Positions 23,561-37,256 of a DNA stretch of 64,000 nucleotides are shown here, piece by piece. How positions within the stretch are numbered: the first letter of the stretch is position 1; each line of letters opens with the position of its first letter. The DNA lies in the NCBI GenBank assembly GCA_038087875.1, contig CM076000.1, forward strand, positions 558,001 through 622,000, written 5' to 3'. This stretch comes from Malacoraja senta (taxonomy: Eukaryota). Made by a program: the position numbers and the translations under genes. A model generated the notes under the pieces. The model saw only the letters and a program-made list of their open reading frames with translations. It did not search any database and was not told the origin of the DNA.

Positions 23561-24330
23561 AGTAAGGAATCTGATTGCTGAGGAAGGCAGGGATAGCTAA
23601 GTTATTGCAATGAAGAAAACGAATGCTGGGAACACTCAGTAGGTCAAGCAATATCTGAGTTAAGCGAAATATGGTAAATGCTTCAGATCAAAGGCCCTTT
23701 GTCAGACCTGGGAAAAAGAGAAAATAGGTTTGCTTTAAGGAGCAAAGAGCATGGATGGGATAGACCCAGACCAGAGTTTCTGTGGGATGAAGCCATCTAA
23801 TTGATAGTTCGTGAGGAGAGTTAGTGAAAAAAAGAAATATACTAAGCAGTCAAATGTTGGACAAGGATACAAGAAATACCGACCACAGCAGATACTATTG
23901 GTAGAGAGAGAGAACGAAAGCCGCGTTGGTATTACGGATGGATAGCAGAGCAGAGAAAGCGAGTTGCTATAAATTGCTGGAATCAAGATCGCGTTCAAAG
24001 AGCACATTTAGGCGATGGGCCTTGTTAAAGCAGTAAGGGAAGCCAGACCGAAAGGTGAGAACGCGTGTGGAATGGCAAATTAAAGTGACAATAACAGCAA
24101 ACTCCTTTCTGTGCGGATGGAACTTAAGTGCTGGTCAACGTGCGGAAGGACACGTTGCGACCTTCTGTTTCTCTATACAGATACTTCTGGAACTGTTTCG
24201 CTCTCCAGCTGTGCGTTTCGTGTCTTGATTTCAGCTTTCCAGCATGATCTATTTTGTTTGCTTTTTGTGATTAACGCTGACGGAGCATGAGATGGGCAGA
24301 GCTGCATGAACATTCCATGTGGTTCTGACA

Positions 24331-24960
24331 ACTACTGGACCCAGGAGCGCGGACACAGGGGGGCGGGGCTGCAGGAGCGCGGACACAGGGGGGCGGGGCT
24401 GCAGGAGCGCGGACACAGGGGGGCGGGGCTGCAGGGGGCGCGGATACGGGGGGGCGGGGCGTCGGGAGCGCGGACACGGGGGGCGGGGCTGCAGGGGGCG
24501 CGGACGCAGGGAGGCGGGGCTGCAGGAGCGCGGACACGGGGGGGGCGGGGCTGCAGGAGCGCGGACGCAGGGGGCGCGGACACAGGGGGCGGGGCTGCAG
24601 GGGGCGCGGACACAGGGGGCGGGGCTACAGGGGGCGCGGACACGGGGCTGCAGGGGGCGCGGACACAGGGGGCGGGGCTACAGGAGCGCGGACACTGGGG
24701 CGGGGCTGCAGGGAGCGCGGACGGGGAGCGGGGCTGCAGGAGAGGGGGCGGGGCTGCAGGGGGCGCGGCCACAGCGACGGTGCGGTTTCAGTGGAGGCGG
24801 TCACGGACTTGTGGTCGGGTTTCAGGCCGTGGGAGGAACTCGCTGACGTTAATGTTTTCCCCTCTGCGACCGTTGGACACCCGTGTGTAGGTAGGTGGCT
24901 TGTGGAGGTGGCCGGAGCCGGGGACGGGTGGTCAAAGCCCACCCGCTGCCCACCGGGGCT
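24331..24960 (+). promoter_or_regulatory. CpG-island promoter with GC-box minisatellite and probable non-coding first exon ending at 24890
   Basis: Very GC/CpG-rich, many GGGGCGGGG boxes, ZNF143-like ACTACTGGACCCAGGAGCG at 24331, donor AG|GTAGGT at 24890/24891. Confidence 0.55.
24342..24770. repeat. GC-rich minisatellite, unit about 30-31 bp (CAGGAGCGCGGACACAGGGGGGCGGGGCTG)
   Basis: Tandem copies visible directly. Confidence 0.95.
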
Positions 24961-25224
24961 CGGCGAGGAGTTGGGGACCGCTGCCTGCCCGGCTGCCTGC
25001 CTCTGCTGCTATAGTTATATAGCTGCTATTATCTGCTGCTATAGTTAGTTATCAGAGCAGTGACTGCTCCCTGGCATGAAAAGGCGGCGTTCAAACAAGT
25101 GCACAGACATCGCCGGGGTTGTCACATGTAACGGAACAGAACTCTTACTTGCTGTAGTTTGACATTGATACTGCAGCATAATAGTATATATTCATCTGCT
25201 GTCCTGCCCGTAGAAGCAACAGTC

Positions 25225-26310
25225 ATAGAGTCATGGTGATACAGTATGGAAACGGGCACTTTGCCCAACTTGCCCACATCGGTCAGCAATGTTCCAGCTA
25301 CACTAGTCCCACTTGCCTGCGCTTGGTCTCTATCCCTGCGAACCTGTCCTATCCACGTACCTGTCTGTCTCTTAAATGTTGGCGTAGGAGCCATTTATGT
25401 TTAGGCTAGCTACTGTTGGCATATTGTATTATTTTGTCTTGATATGTCTTGCAGTATTATTTTGGACACTTGGGGGTCGTCATTAGATGCACAGACGGGT
25501 GTATACGTATGGGCATAGTGGACAGGGAGTGATCAGACCAGGCACAGGGGTGGAGAGTATATAGTTCTCACCAGACTGGGGAGAACAGCTAGCTACAACT
25601 TGTATGCAGAATAAAGAAAACCTGGTACGTTCATCTCTTTGTTTGTACAACTACTTCAATAAAGAACCAATTAACCTGGAAAGAACAACTGGAAAATCTG
25701 TTCTATTTGGTCTGTATAAGATCACTCCTACTTACCTGTGTAGTAATGGCAACGAAAAGTGCGACACTGGAAGAGTTGGAAATTTGCCATTACAGTTGGG
25801 ATAGTCCCAGCCACCACTATCTCTGGCAGTTTGTTCCATACACCCACCACCATTTGTGTGAAAAAGTTACCCTTCAGATTCCTATTAAATCTTTTCCCCT
25901 TCACCTTGGACCAATGTTCTCTGGTCCTCTATTCCCCATGCTCTGGGCAAGAGACTCTGTGCATCGACCCGATCTATGCCTCACATGATTTTGTATACCT
26001 CTATAAGACTTGACAATATGTTTCCTATAACATGATGCCCAAAACTGGACACAATATTCTAAATGTGGTCTCACCAACGTCTTATACACTGCAACATGAC
26101 CTCCCATATTCTATACTCAATACTCTAACTGATGAAAGCCTAAATGCCAATAGCTTTATTGTCCACCTTATCTACCTGTGACTCAACCTTCAAGGAACCA
26201 TGCACCTGTGCTCCTAGATCCCTCTACTCTACACTACCCAGAGGCCTACCATTTACGTGTATATCCTGCCCTTGTTCAATATCCCAAGATGCAACACCTC
26301 GCACTTCTCT
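25225..26310 (-). mobile_element. CR1 LINE 3' fragment, split by a solo LTR
   Basis: [13 protein letters not shown] in ORF 25901-26107; CR1 3' UTR at about 25225-25380. Confidence 0.8.
25383..25794 (+). mobile_element. Solo LTR (412 bp) with 5-bp TSD
   Basis: CGTAGG (probably from TGTAGG)...TTACA flanked by GTTGG at 25378-25382 and 25795-25799; two AATAAA motifs. Confidence 0.8.
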
Positions 26311-26447
26311 GTAAAATAAAACAGATACATTATTATAATTGATAATACTATGATTCAATGGCTAATGCAAGGCAACCTTAATAATACAGAACTGAAGTCC
26401 ACTGTGCAGCCAGCGACCCAGCCCAGTAAGTCATAATTGCTGAGGTA

Positions 26448-26637
26448 GGCACAAAGTGCTGGAGTAGCTCAGCGGGTCAGGTAGTATCTCTGCAGAAAAA
26501 GGATGTGAGTCTGAAGAAGGGTCCCGACCCGAAATGTTACCTTTCTTTTCTCCAGAGATGCTGCCTCATCCGCTGAGTTACTCCAGCACTTTGTGTTAAT
26601 CTTGGTATAAGTCTGCATCTGCAGTTTTTTGTCACCA
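26448..26637. mobile_element. Penelope-derived palindromic element with hammerhead core at 26508-26541 (+)
   Basis: Inverted arms around AGT-CTGAAGA-AGGG-TCCCGA-CCC-GAAAT-GTTA; imperfect flanking duplication of about 15 bp. Confidence 0.75.
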
Positions 26638-26679
26638 CATATTTGCCGAAGTCGTGGTTAGTGTTGGGCTGTGTTCAGG

Positions 26680-27760
26680 AGACTGATGGTTGCTGGTTGC
26701 TTTTCAACTTTATGGTAAAGGTTTTTAGGCTCCTGTGCCTTCTTCCTGAAGGTAGTAGTGAAATGAGACTGTTGCCAGTGGTGTGGATCGTTGATATTTG
26801 CTGTATTAATGAGGCAGTGCTACCTGTAGATTAATTGGATGGTGGGGACATGTGAGTGACCAGGCATGGTTTACCATCCTGTGCAGCCCCCTTTGTTCCT
26901 GGGCTTTCGAGTTGCCATGATGCAGCTAGTCAGTATGCTCTCTTTCAAAATGTTAAGCTTCTGTAGAAGTTCGATAGTGTTTTGTTGATGTCCTGAATCT
27001 CTTCAATTTTCGAAGGGTGTTGATGAGCTTTCTTTGTGATTACATTAATGTGCTGTGCCCAGGAAAGATCTTCAGAAATATGCACAACCAAGAACTTGAA
27101 TCAGTTGATTTTCTCCACTGCCATCCTTTCGATGAAGACCAGTTCATGGCTTTCTCCTCCAGGGGCAGCACAGTGGCGCAGCAGTAGAGTTGTCTTACCA
27201 TGCCAGAGACCCAGGGCTCGATTCTGACTAGGGGTGCTGTTTGTATGGAGTTTGTATGGGTTTTCTCTGGGTGGGTTTTCTCTCAGTGTTCCGGTTTCCT
27301 CCCACATTCCAAAGATGTGGAAATTTGTAGGTTAATTGGCTTCTGTAAGTTGTCTCTAGTGTGTAGGATAGAACTTCTGTATGCGTCGGTGTATGGAACT
27401 GGTCGGCGTGGACCGAAGGGCCTGTTTCCATGCTGTATCTCTAAAACTAAAGAACTGAAATTAAAGTCAACAATCAGCTGCTTCGTCTTACTAATGCTGA
27501 GAGTAAGATTATTATTTTTTCTGGCACAATTCAATCAGATTTTCAATCGCCCTCGTGTACTCTGTCTCATCGTTACATGTTATTCGTTTAACAATAGTGG
27601 TTTGCCAGTGTATTTGAAGATGGTGCTGGAGCTGTGTCTGGCTAAACAGTCATGGGTGTAGTGAGAGCAGGGGACTGGACATGCAACTTTCCTTTTGGTT
27701 ATTGAGGGGAAGGTGTTATTGCCACTTTGTATAGATTGTGGTCTTGAGGATCTAATTAGA
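26680..27760 (-). mobile_element. Decayed Rex1/Babar LINE 3' part containing a SINE
   Basis: LYTHDCLARHSSSTIFKY and NNLTLSISKTKQLIVDF motifs on the minus strand. Confidence 0.7.
27162..27450 (+). mobile_element. tRNA-derived V-SINE (HE1-like) with CR1-derived tail
   Basis: GGCAGCACAGTGGCGCAG head, CCGGTTTCCTCCCACA V-domain, GAAGGGCCTGTTTCC tail. Confidence 0.8.
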
Positions 27761-29589
27761 TAGGAATAAGCAGTGACCAAATTTAAAGTTTCAAAACAGA
27801 TTTGCACTAACACTTGTGAGATATTAAAATTTCATTTTGGTCCCCTCAAGATGACATCAAACCGGAATCAATCATGGTATGTAGAAAACACTGTTAGTCT
27901 TCTTGCAGTTATTTGCAGCCCTTTTGATTTTAGGGTTGAGTTTAAGTTCTTTAATGTCACTCATCAAAGTCGTCCTGAAACTGGAGTTGACCCTTCTGCT
28001 CATGTGATCTGTTGACTCGTCACCAGTCACTTTCCCACTTCAACTCTGCAACATGTCATAAGCATGTTACCTTTCTTTCAGCTTCCATCTTCAATTGGAT
28101 AGCAAGAAATCAAAAAATCTGAAATAAGCATAATTGTTTAAACCCCTTAACATCCATGGAAAGACATGGGAGTAAACGTTGCCTCGTTTTCTGTCTCCGA
28201 TGATGCTTCTTGATAGGCTGAGTGTTTGTGTCATTTTCGGATTACATGCTCCTATATGAAAATAACTCTTGTTGCGAGCTTCTGTAACTCCCTATGTTAC
28301 AATCATTGATCTGCTTACAGTCCTTGTTGTTAACATTACTATAATCGTGGTGCAATTTTCTCCATCTGCTATCTACTTGTAATATTCTGAAGTGATCATC
28401 ATGGAATTTCCCTCCGGCACCTCTCTACGTCTCTTTCCATCTTTTAAGACCTTCTTAAAGAGCATTCGATCACGTTCTATTATCTCTTCTGTGACTAGGC
28501 ATATTTTATTTTGATTACTAAGTTCGTGCTAAATGTTTTAAAATATTTAGCTGCTTTAGAGGCACTTTATGGGTGGAAATTGGTGCTGAAAGCATTAAAT
28601 TCATTTTGTTGGAATCATTTTGCGAAATTGTTTTGTTTTACTTTGTTTTTTAATTAATTGGTACAAGAATCTGTTATTCAACCATGTGTCATAACATGTC
28701 ATGTGTCTTAACATAAACATTAACTTTTCCAAGAGATATCTCTTGAGCATTTCAAGGATGAGGATGATTTGGTTCTGTTCTAGTTTTCTGGATTCTGAGG
28801 TGGCTCTTAGACTCTGCAGGTGGTCCTTTTTCTTCTTATTGAGTGCACACAAAAGATTCGAAGTTGTTCAGCCAGAGCTGAACACACTTCTCGGCATCTG
28901 CATACAATGGTGTCTATCTTGTACGTGGTGGTGGAAAGAGGGCTGCGACATGAACGTTCTTTCCTTGACCCCAGGTGGTCCCTAATAAGGTGGGTAATAT
29001 GGGAGGTGGTGTGCTTCTTGGGCTGCTTTCACCAGCCTGTTGCATGCTTGTAATGAAGGGTCTTAAGATTCTCAATAAGATTTGTCCAATTTGATTAGTT
29101 ACAGGCCAGAGACTCCAGTGAGGATGTTGTATTTTTCAAGAAATCTGCAAGCATCCTTGAGGTAGAGGATATTTGTGAATACCTATTCAGAAGTGTAATA
29201 TAATGCAGAATATGTTTCTCAATGAATCGATGGCTTCAACATTTGGCTCAATGTTTAGTTTGAAACTCATTGAACTTGCCATCATTTTCTAGTTCTCATT
29301 TCCTGCATTGTCTTAAGACGTGGGTGCTCTTTAGGTTCATTTGATTATACGCTAGCTCTTCGAGCAATCCCATTGATTCCTTTCTGTCAAATATTTCCCT
29401 GCAGCCCATCTCTCTCTCTCTCTCTCACGCCCATAAACTCTCACCGTTGCTAGGGATAGTTTTCAACAACCAATTACTCGGCCAACCAGCATGTCTTTGG
29501 CATGTTGGAGGAAACTGGAGTATGCAATGGATAACCATGAAGTTGCAGGGTGAATATGTACACTCCATGTGGCGTTGGAGTACGAAGCA

Positions 29590-29860
29590 ACAATGGAAGA
29601 GCTGCTCCTCATAATGTCAGAGACCCCGGTCCGATCCTGATTTTGGGCACTCTCTGCGAAGTTTGCACGTTCTCACTGTGATTGCATGGGGTTTCTCTGG
29701 TTGCTCTGGTTTCCTCCCACATTCCAAATATGTGCAGGTTTGTAGCTTAATTGGCTTCTGTAAATTGCCCCGAGTATGTAGGACATAAAACTGATGTACA
29801 AGTGATCGATGGTCAGTGTGGGCTCAGTGGGCTGAAGGGCCTGTTTCCACACTATCTCAG
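29590..29860 (+). mobile_element. V-SINE (HE1-like), decayed
   Basis: Same V-domain and CR1 tail as 27162-27450. Confidence 0.7.
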
Positions 29861-31109
29861 CTGAGAATTAAAACCTGGTCACTGCAGATGAGTCAGCAGC
29901 ACCTCTGCTGCATCATTATGCCATCCTTGATATTTTTTCCTGGCATTGCTATAATATTTGTTTGAAATCGCATTGTTGGAATATTACAATGCAACAACTA
30001 TCTTTTTCTTACATAAGATTGCACTTATCTGTGGTGTCATCTCCCATCATTTCTTTCCTGTTTGCCATCCATTTCAGTTCCCTATAACATATTGTAAAGC
30101 CCATTTTTGTTACGGCTACATAAAAGTAAATTTCTATTTTGGGTTATTACATATTGAATTGATGGTTGCTTTTCTGAATAATGCCATTAAAGTAGACAAC
30201 AGCTGGTACAATTGGTTTGACCTGTGTAGCTACATATTTACTTTATCTATTTGTAGTATGATCTCAACTTGGAAGTTTCAATTGGAGGCATATGTAAAAT
30301 GTGAATGCTTATTGTATGGGAATCATGGTGTGATAGAACTACAAGAAATATTGATTAAAGGGTACTGGGTAAATCTTTAATCATTTTCCTTCAGTTCTAC
30401 ATTAGGATGCAGGATTGGTTATTTTTTAATTTTTTTTAATTGAATGGCTAAAGTTGTGCTCATTTGAACTGCTTTGAAATGACTAGTTTTGTTACACTAA
30501 CAACTAAACAAACCAGTCCATCATAGTTGGTATACTATGCAAAGTTAAGTGAGTTGGCTATTTTTTTTAAAAGAAGTAATAAAATAAAGAAATTGTCATA
30601 GGCATATGAGGACTAGTACGATTTTAAAACACAAAACTTTGTTAATCCATCTGCACAACAACATTAAAACCATCTGAGGGATAAATATTAGATATAGCAT
30701 GTGCCATGTTCACAGTATATGGAAGGCATTGTTCTTGTGGAAGTCCTGCTTGAATTGTGCACATCTGCTCTAGAATTATGAACGGATGGACATAAATAAT
30801 TACAGACTTGAATCTGATTGAATTTATCAGCTGAACTCTCATCAGCAGAACTGCTAGTTAATCTCTTGTGGTTAACACCTCCCTATTTATTTTATTCTTT
30901 ATTAAATTTGATTGAGAAATTTCAGAATCGCCATCAAGCATGTGACATAGCATTGTATCTTTGCATCAGTGCTAGCACATTTGAGAGTATTGTCTGACTG
31001 TATTGAAAGAACATTTTGAAATGCATGTACGAGTATCCTATGGGTGGGAATTTCTTCTAGATTTTATATAGTGAAATTCTAATTCTAATTAATATTGACT
31101 TGTTTTTAG

Positions 31110-31805
31110 GATTGAAAAAACATGGATAAGATTTTAGAAAACATGGACAAGATGTTGTCCCACCATCCAACTTCTATGAAGCATGTAAAACGAATTAAAG
31201 AAGCAGCAAAAGAACCTCTCGACCATAAGCAGTGTATGGCCATGTTTGAGTTGTCGACAAAATTCATTCTGTTGGGTGACACACAGTTCCAAAGGGATGT
31301 CGGCAAGGAGGTTCTAGAAGCTTTTGCCCAGAACCACACTGCAGATTTTGAGATTTTTTTTCAATGTAAAATTTATCTTGAAACTGTTGCAAGATGGTTA
31401 TGGAACACTGAGCAAAAGGAGCAGTGATATTTTGGGAGTACATTCAGCTAGGGTTAAAATATATTCAAGGTAATACTTCTGTTGATGAAGCATTTCATGC
31501 CCTTCAGATTGAGCTTCTCCGCATAGTGTGTGAGAAACCTGGATCAAAGCTCTGTGCCTGTGTTTGTAAACTACTTGCTGAATATCCTCAGTGCATTCCT
31601 AGTGGAAAGTTTCAAGTGGTGTTCTGCCAGCAACTTGTTAGATGTATAGGCCAGTTCCAATGCACATCACAAGACGAAGATGAAATTGTGAAATTCCTGG
31701 ATCAAGTAAACAAAGTAAGCGGATTGTTCCAGCAAATCTGGTGGACACAAACTACAGCTATTATTCCCTCGTTGCGGGAGCTGTTCACTGTTATTTCATC
31801 AACTG
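31110..31805 (+). pseudogene. USP35: First coding exon of ubiquitin-specific protease 35, frameshifted; no further USP35 exons found
   Basis: MDKILE...LLRIVCEKPG...FCQQLVRCIGQF...IPSLRELFTVIS matches the USP35 N-terminus. Acceptor TTTTTAG|G at 31109, ATG at 31122, donor G|GTAAG at 31805. Two +1 frameshifts (T run near 31355, G near 31436) and a duplicated ATGGAYAAGAT start. Confidence 0.8.
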
Positions 31806-34800
31806 GTAAGGAAAATGCACATTTTAATTTTAAAGAAATTACTATTGACCTTCCCCCCCCCCCCCCCCCCCTTCCTTCATCTCCCCACTCCAGATGCTAT
31901 GCCTTCATTGCTTGCAGGCCAATCTGCTTGACATTGTGGCCTGTACTTCTGCATGCTAAACTTGGAAACATAGAGCTCAGAATAAAAAAAATCAGCCACC
32001 TTTTATTTCTGTTCCTTCCTCTGGGGAATGTTTTTCTCATCTCAGCATCACTCTACTGATTTGGCTGGGATTGGGTACTGGATGAATCCACAGTTCTGAG
32101 TTGTACGATGTACAAACTTAATGTTGAGGCTTTTGCCTCCACAGCAGCTCTGTTGAAAGGGATGACAATAGCCATGACAGCTTGTAGCTTAATGCCAGTT
32201 TTTAGTGTTATTTACAATGGCAAATAATGTATGCTGCCAAGAGAACACCCATGAGATGCATGGGTAAGAGCAACTCGCCACAAATTAGAGTACCATTTTA
32301 AACAAAAAGTAATAATTTCCAACATGGTTGAGTCTACAAAGCAGAAATAGCTGTCGTTGTTATTGAATGTAACAGCTCATGTCAGAAGAACAATTGATTT
32401 TTCTGGTTTATGGGATATTCGTTTTTTTTTTTTTTTTAGTGTAAACCCTACACTAAAACTGAAAAAAACATTGCAACATAAAAACAAGGTTCTTGTCTTT
32501 CTTGACCTATCTTTTACTGTGTAATACTGTTCTATTTATTTTTGCCTTTCTCGTATTCTCATGCTAAATAGCTGTGCCATTACCTGGCTTTCATCACAAA
32601 CATAAAATATTATGCAATAAATTTTAACTTGTAACCATCTGCAATGTAAGGTGCTTACTACAATGTGATGGTGATACATGGTGCATAATTTTCTTCTTTC
32701 TAACTGAGATTGCAATCCCAATCTAAAAACATTATAGAAAGTGAAGGAATGGTGTTCATTATTGCCAATTGCCTGGCATTAATGAGTGAGGGGGGTAAAT
32801 ATATACAGTATTTGGAAAACACACTAAACAAGACACACTGAACAGGAAAGGACATATACATTTTAAACATTGTAAATAAATAAATAACATACTTTAATTT
32901 CATTTGCTTTTTATAGATGAGCTTGCTGTGTGGTAATCTTAGATATGGTAACTTTTTATTCTGAGTCAATGGAACTGTCAATAAACTCTGTCCTTTGTTC
33001 CCGATATGAAAGGACGCCTTGGTTACAACAGATTTCGTCCGCTATAACCAAAAAACTTTATAAAGAGGTCTGTAATAATGAGTAGACTGTAATACTAAAT
33101 TCTGATTACAAAGTGTTAGCATTAATTTTTATCTGAATATGATATATGATATTGTTTAGAGGTGATTGTTATCTTGCTATCATGAATTACATAGAAACAT
33201 AGAAACATAGAATATAGGTGCAGGAGTAGGCCATTCGGCCCTTCGAGCCTGCACCGCCATTTGATATGATCATGGCTGATCATCCAACTCAGTATCCCAT
33301 CCCTGCCTTCTCTCCATACCCCCTGATCCCTTTAGCCACAAGGGCCACATCTAACTCCCTCTTAAATATAGCCAATGAACTGGCCTCAACTACCTTCTGT
33401 GGCAGAGAATTCCACAGATTCACCACTCTCTGTGTAAAAAATGATTTCCTCATCTCGGTCCTAAAAGTCTTCCCTCTTATCCTTAAACTGTGACCCCTAG
33501 TTCTGGACTTCCACAACATCAGGAATAATCTTCCTGCATCTAGCCTGTCCAACCCCTTAAGAATTTTGTACGTTTCTATAAGATTCCCCCTCAGTCTTCT
33601 GAATTCCAACGTGTACAAGCCGAGTCTATCCTCATATGAAAGTCCTGCCATCCCAGGAATCAGTCTGGTGAACCTTCTCCGTACTCCCTCTATGGCAAGA
33701 ATGTCTTTCCTCAGATTAGGAGACCAAAACTGTACGCAATACTCCAGGTGTGGTCTCACCAAGACCCTGTACAACTGCAGTAGAACCTCCCTGCTCTTAT
33801 ACTCAAATCCTTTTGCTATGAATGCTAACATACCATTTGCTTTCTTCACTGCCTGCTGCACCTGCATTCCTACGTTCAATGACTGGTGTACCATGACATC
33901 CAGGTCTCGTTGCATCTCCCCTTTTCCTAATCGGCCACCATTCAGTTAAGTCTACTTTCCTGTTTTTGCCACCAAAGTGGATAACCTCACATTTATCCAC
34001 ATTATACTGCATCTGCCATGCCTTTGCCCACTCACCCAACCTATCCAAGTCACCTTGCAGCCTCCTAGCATCCTCCTCACAGCTAACACTGCCCCCCAGC
34101 TTCGTGTCATCCGCAAACTTGGAGATGTTGCATTCAATTCCCTCATCCAGGTCATTAATATATATTGTAAATAGCTGGGGTCCCAGCACTGAGCCTTGCG
34201 GTACCCCACTAGTCACTGCCTGCCATTGTGAAAAGGACCCGTTTACTCCTACTCTTTGCTTCCTGTCTGCCAGCCAGTTCTCTATCCACATCAATACTGA
34301 ACCCCCAATACCATGTGCTTTAAGTTTGTATGCTAATCTCTTATGTGGGACCTTGTCGAAAGCCTTCTGAAAGTCCAGATATAACACATCCACTGGTTCT
34401 CCCTTATCCACTCTACTAGTTACATCCTCGAAAAATTCTATAAGATTCGTCAGACATGATTTACCTTTCATAAATCCATGCTGACTCTGTCCAATGAACT
34501 CACCACTTTCCAAATGTGCTGTTATCCCATCTTTAATAACTGACTCCAGAATTTTCCCCACCACCGATGTTAGACTAACTGGTCTGTAATTCCCCGTTTT
34601 CTCTCTCCCTCCCTTTTTAAAAAGTGGGGTTACATTAGCTACCCTCCAGTCCTCAGGAACTACTCCAGAATCTAAAGAGTTTTGAAAAATTATCACTAAT
34701 GCATCCACCATTTCTGCGGCTACTTCCTTAAGTACTCTGGGATGCAACTTATCCGGCCCTGGGGATTTATCGGCCTTTAATCCATTCAATTTACCTAACA

Positions 34801-37256
34801 CCACTTTCCGGCTAACCTGGATTTCATTCAGTTCCTCCATCTCATTTAACCCCCGGTCCCTTGCTATTTCCGGCAGATTATTTATGTCTTCCTTAGTGAA
34901 GACAGAACCAAAGTAATTATTCAAATGGTCTGCCATGTCCTTGTTCCCCATGATCAATTTGCCTGTTTCTGACTGCAAGGGACCTACATTTGTTTTAACT
35001 AATCTTTTCCTCTTGACATATCTATAAAAACTTTTGCAGTCAGTTTTTATGTTCCCTGCCAGTTTTCTTTCATAATCTATTTTCCCTTTCCTAATTAAGC
35101 CTTTTGTCCTCCTCTGCTGGACTGAATTTCTCCCAGTCCTCTGGTAGGCTGCTTGTTCTGGCTAATTTGTAGGCTTCCTCTTTTGTTTTGATACTATCCC
35201 GGATTTCCCTTGTTATCCACGGATGCACTACCTTCCCTGATTTATTCTTTTGCCAAACTGGGATGAACACTTGTTGTAGTTCATCCATGCAGTTTTTAAA
35301 TGCCTTCCATTGCATATCCACCGTCAACCCTTTAAGAATCATTGGCCAGTCTATCTTGGCCAATTCACGTCTCATACCCTCAAAGTCACCTTTCTTTAAG
35401 TTCAGGACCTTTGTTTCTGAATTAACAATGTCACTCTCCATCCTAATGAAGAACTCAACCATATTATGGTCACTCTTGCCCAAGGGGCCACGCACAACAA
35501 GACTGCTAACTAACCCTTCCTCATTACTCAATACCCAGTCTAGAATAGCCTGCTCTCTCGTTGGTTCTTCTACATGTTGGTTTAGAAAACTATCCCGCAT
35601 ACATTCCAAGAAATCCTCTTCCTCAGCACCCCTGCCAATTTGATTCACCCAATCTATATGTAGATTGAAGTCACCCATTATAATGGTTTTACCTTTGTTG
35701 CACGCGTTTCTAATTTCCTGTTTGATGCCATCCCCAACTCCACTACTACTGTTAGGTGGCCGGTACACCACTCCCACTAGCGTTTTCTGCCCCTTAGTGT
35801 TTCGCAGCTCTACCCATATCGATTCCACATCCTCCAAGCTAATGTCCTTCCTTTCTATTGCGTTAATCTCCTCTCTAACCAGCAACGCTACCCTGCCTCC
35901 TTTTCCTTTCTGTCTATCCCTCCTGAATATTGAATATCCCTGAATGTTCAGCTCCCAGCCTTGGTCACCCTGGAGCCATGTCTCCGTGATCCCAACTATA
36001 TCATATTCATTAATAACTATCTGCACATTCAACTCATCCATCTTATTACGAATGCTCTTTGCATTAAGATACAAAGCCTTCAGGCTTGTCTTTACAACAC
36101 TCTTACCCTTTATACAATTATGTTGAAAAGTGGCCCTTTTTGGATTTTTGCCCTGGTTTTGTCTGCTTGCCACTTTTACTTTTCACCTTGCTACCTATTG
36201 CTTCTACCCTCATTTTACACCCCACTGCCTCTCTGCTCTTGCACCCATCCCCCTGCCACATTAGTTTAAATCCTCCCCGACAGCACTAGCAAACACTCCC
36301 CCAAGGACATTGGTTCCATTCCAGCCCAGGTGCAGACCGTCCTGTTTGTACTGGTCCCACCTCCCCCAGAACTGGTTGCAATGCCCTAAAAAATTGAATC
36401 CCTCCCCCTTGCACCATTTTTCAAGCCACGTATTCATCTGCAATATCCTCCTATTTCTACTCTGACTGGCCCGTGGTACTGGTAGTAATCCAGAGATTAT
36501 TACCTTTGAGGTCCTACTTTTAAATTTATCTCCTAGCTCCCTAAATTCACCTTGTAGGACCTCATCCCTTTTTGTACCTATATCGTTGGTGCCAATATGC
36601 ACCACGACAACTGGCTGTTCACCCTCCCCCTCCAGAATGTTCTGCAGCCGTTCAGTGACATCCCTGACCCTTGCACCAGGGAGGCAACATACCATCCTGG
36701 AGTCTCGTTTGCGGCTGCAGAAACGCCTATCTATTACCCTTACAATTGAATCCCCTATTACTATTGCCCTTCCACTCTTTTTTTCCCCCTTCCTGTGCTG
36801 CAGAGCCACCCATGGTGCCATGAACGTGGCTGCTGCTGCCTTCCCCTGATGAGCCATCTCCCCAACAGTATCCAAAATGGTATACCTGTTTAGGAGGGAG
36901 ATGACCGCAGGGGACTCCTGCACTACCTGCCTACTGCTTTGCTGGCTATTGGCCACCCGTTCCCTTTTCTGTCCTCTTACCTTTTACCTGCTGTACGTGC
37001 TATTCACGACTTTCTCAGCATCGTGGATGCTCCAGTATGAATCCAGCCGCAGCTCCAATCGTTCAATGTGGTCTGTGACACACTTCCTGCAAACGTAGTC
37101 ACCAGGGACACCGACCATATCCCTGATCTCCCACATGTTGCAGGCTGAGCAAACCACGGGGCCAATCTCCACTGACATAGCTTACTCCCAAATTAACTCT
37201 ATATTAAATATTTTAAAAAACGTTATCCTGTTAAACTTTACTAATAAATACTGTAA

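Noticed and set aside
24271..24942. Gly/Ala/Arg/Pro-rich ORFs on both strands
   Set aside because: By-products of a stop-free GC-rich minisatellite.
31806..32059. C-terminal poly-Pro extension of the USP35 ORF
   Set aside because: Read-through into the intron past the GTAAG donor, including a poly-C tract.
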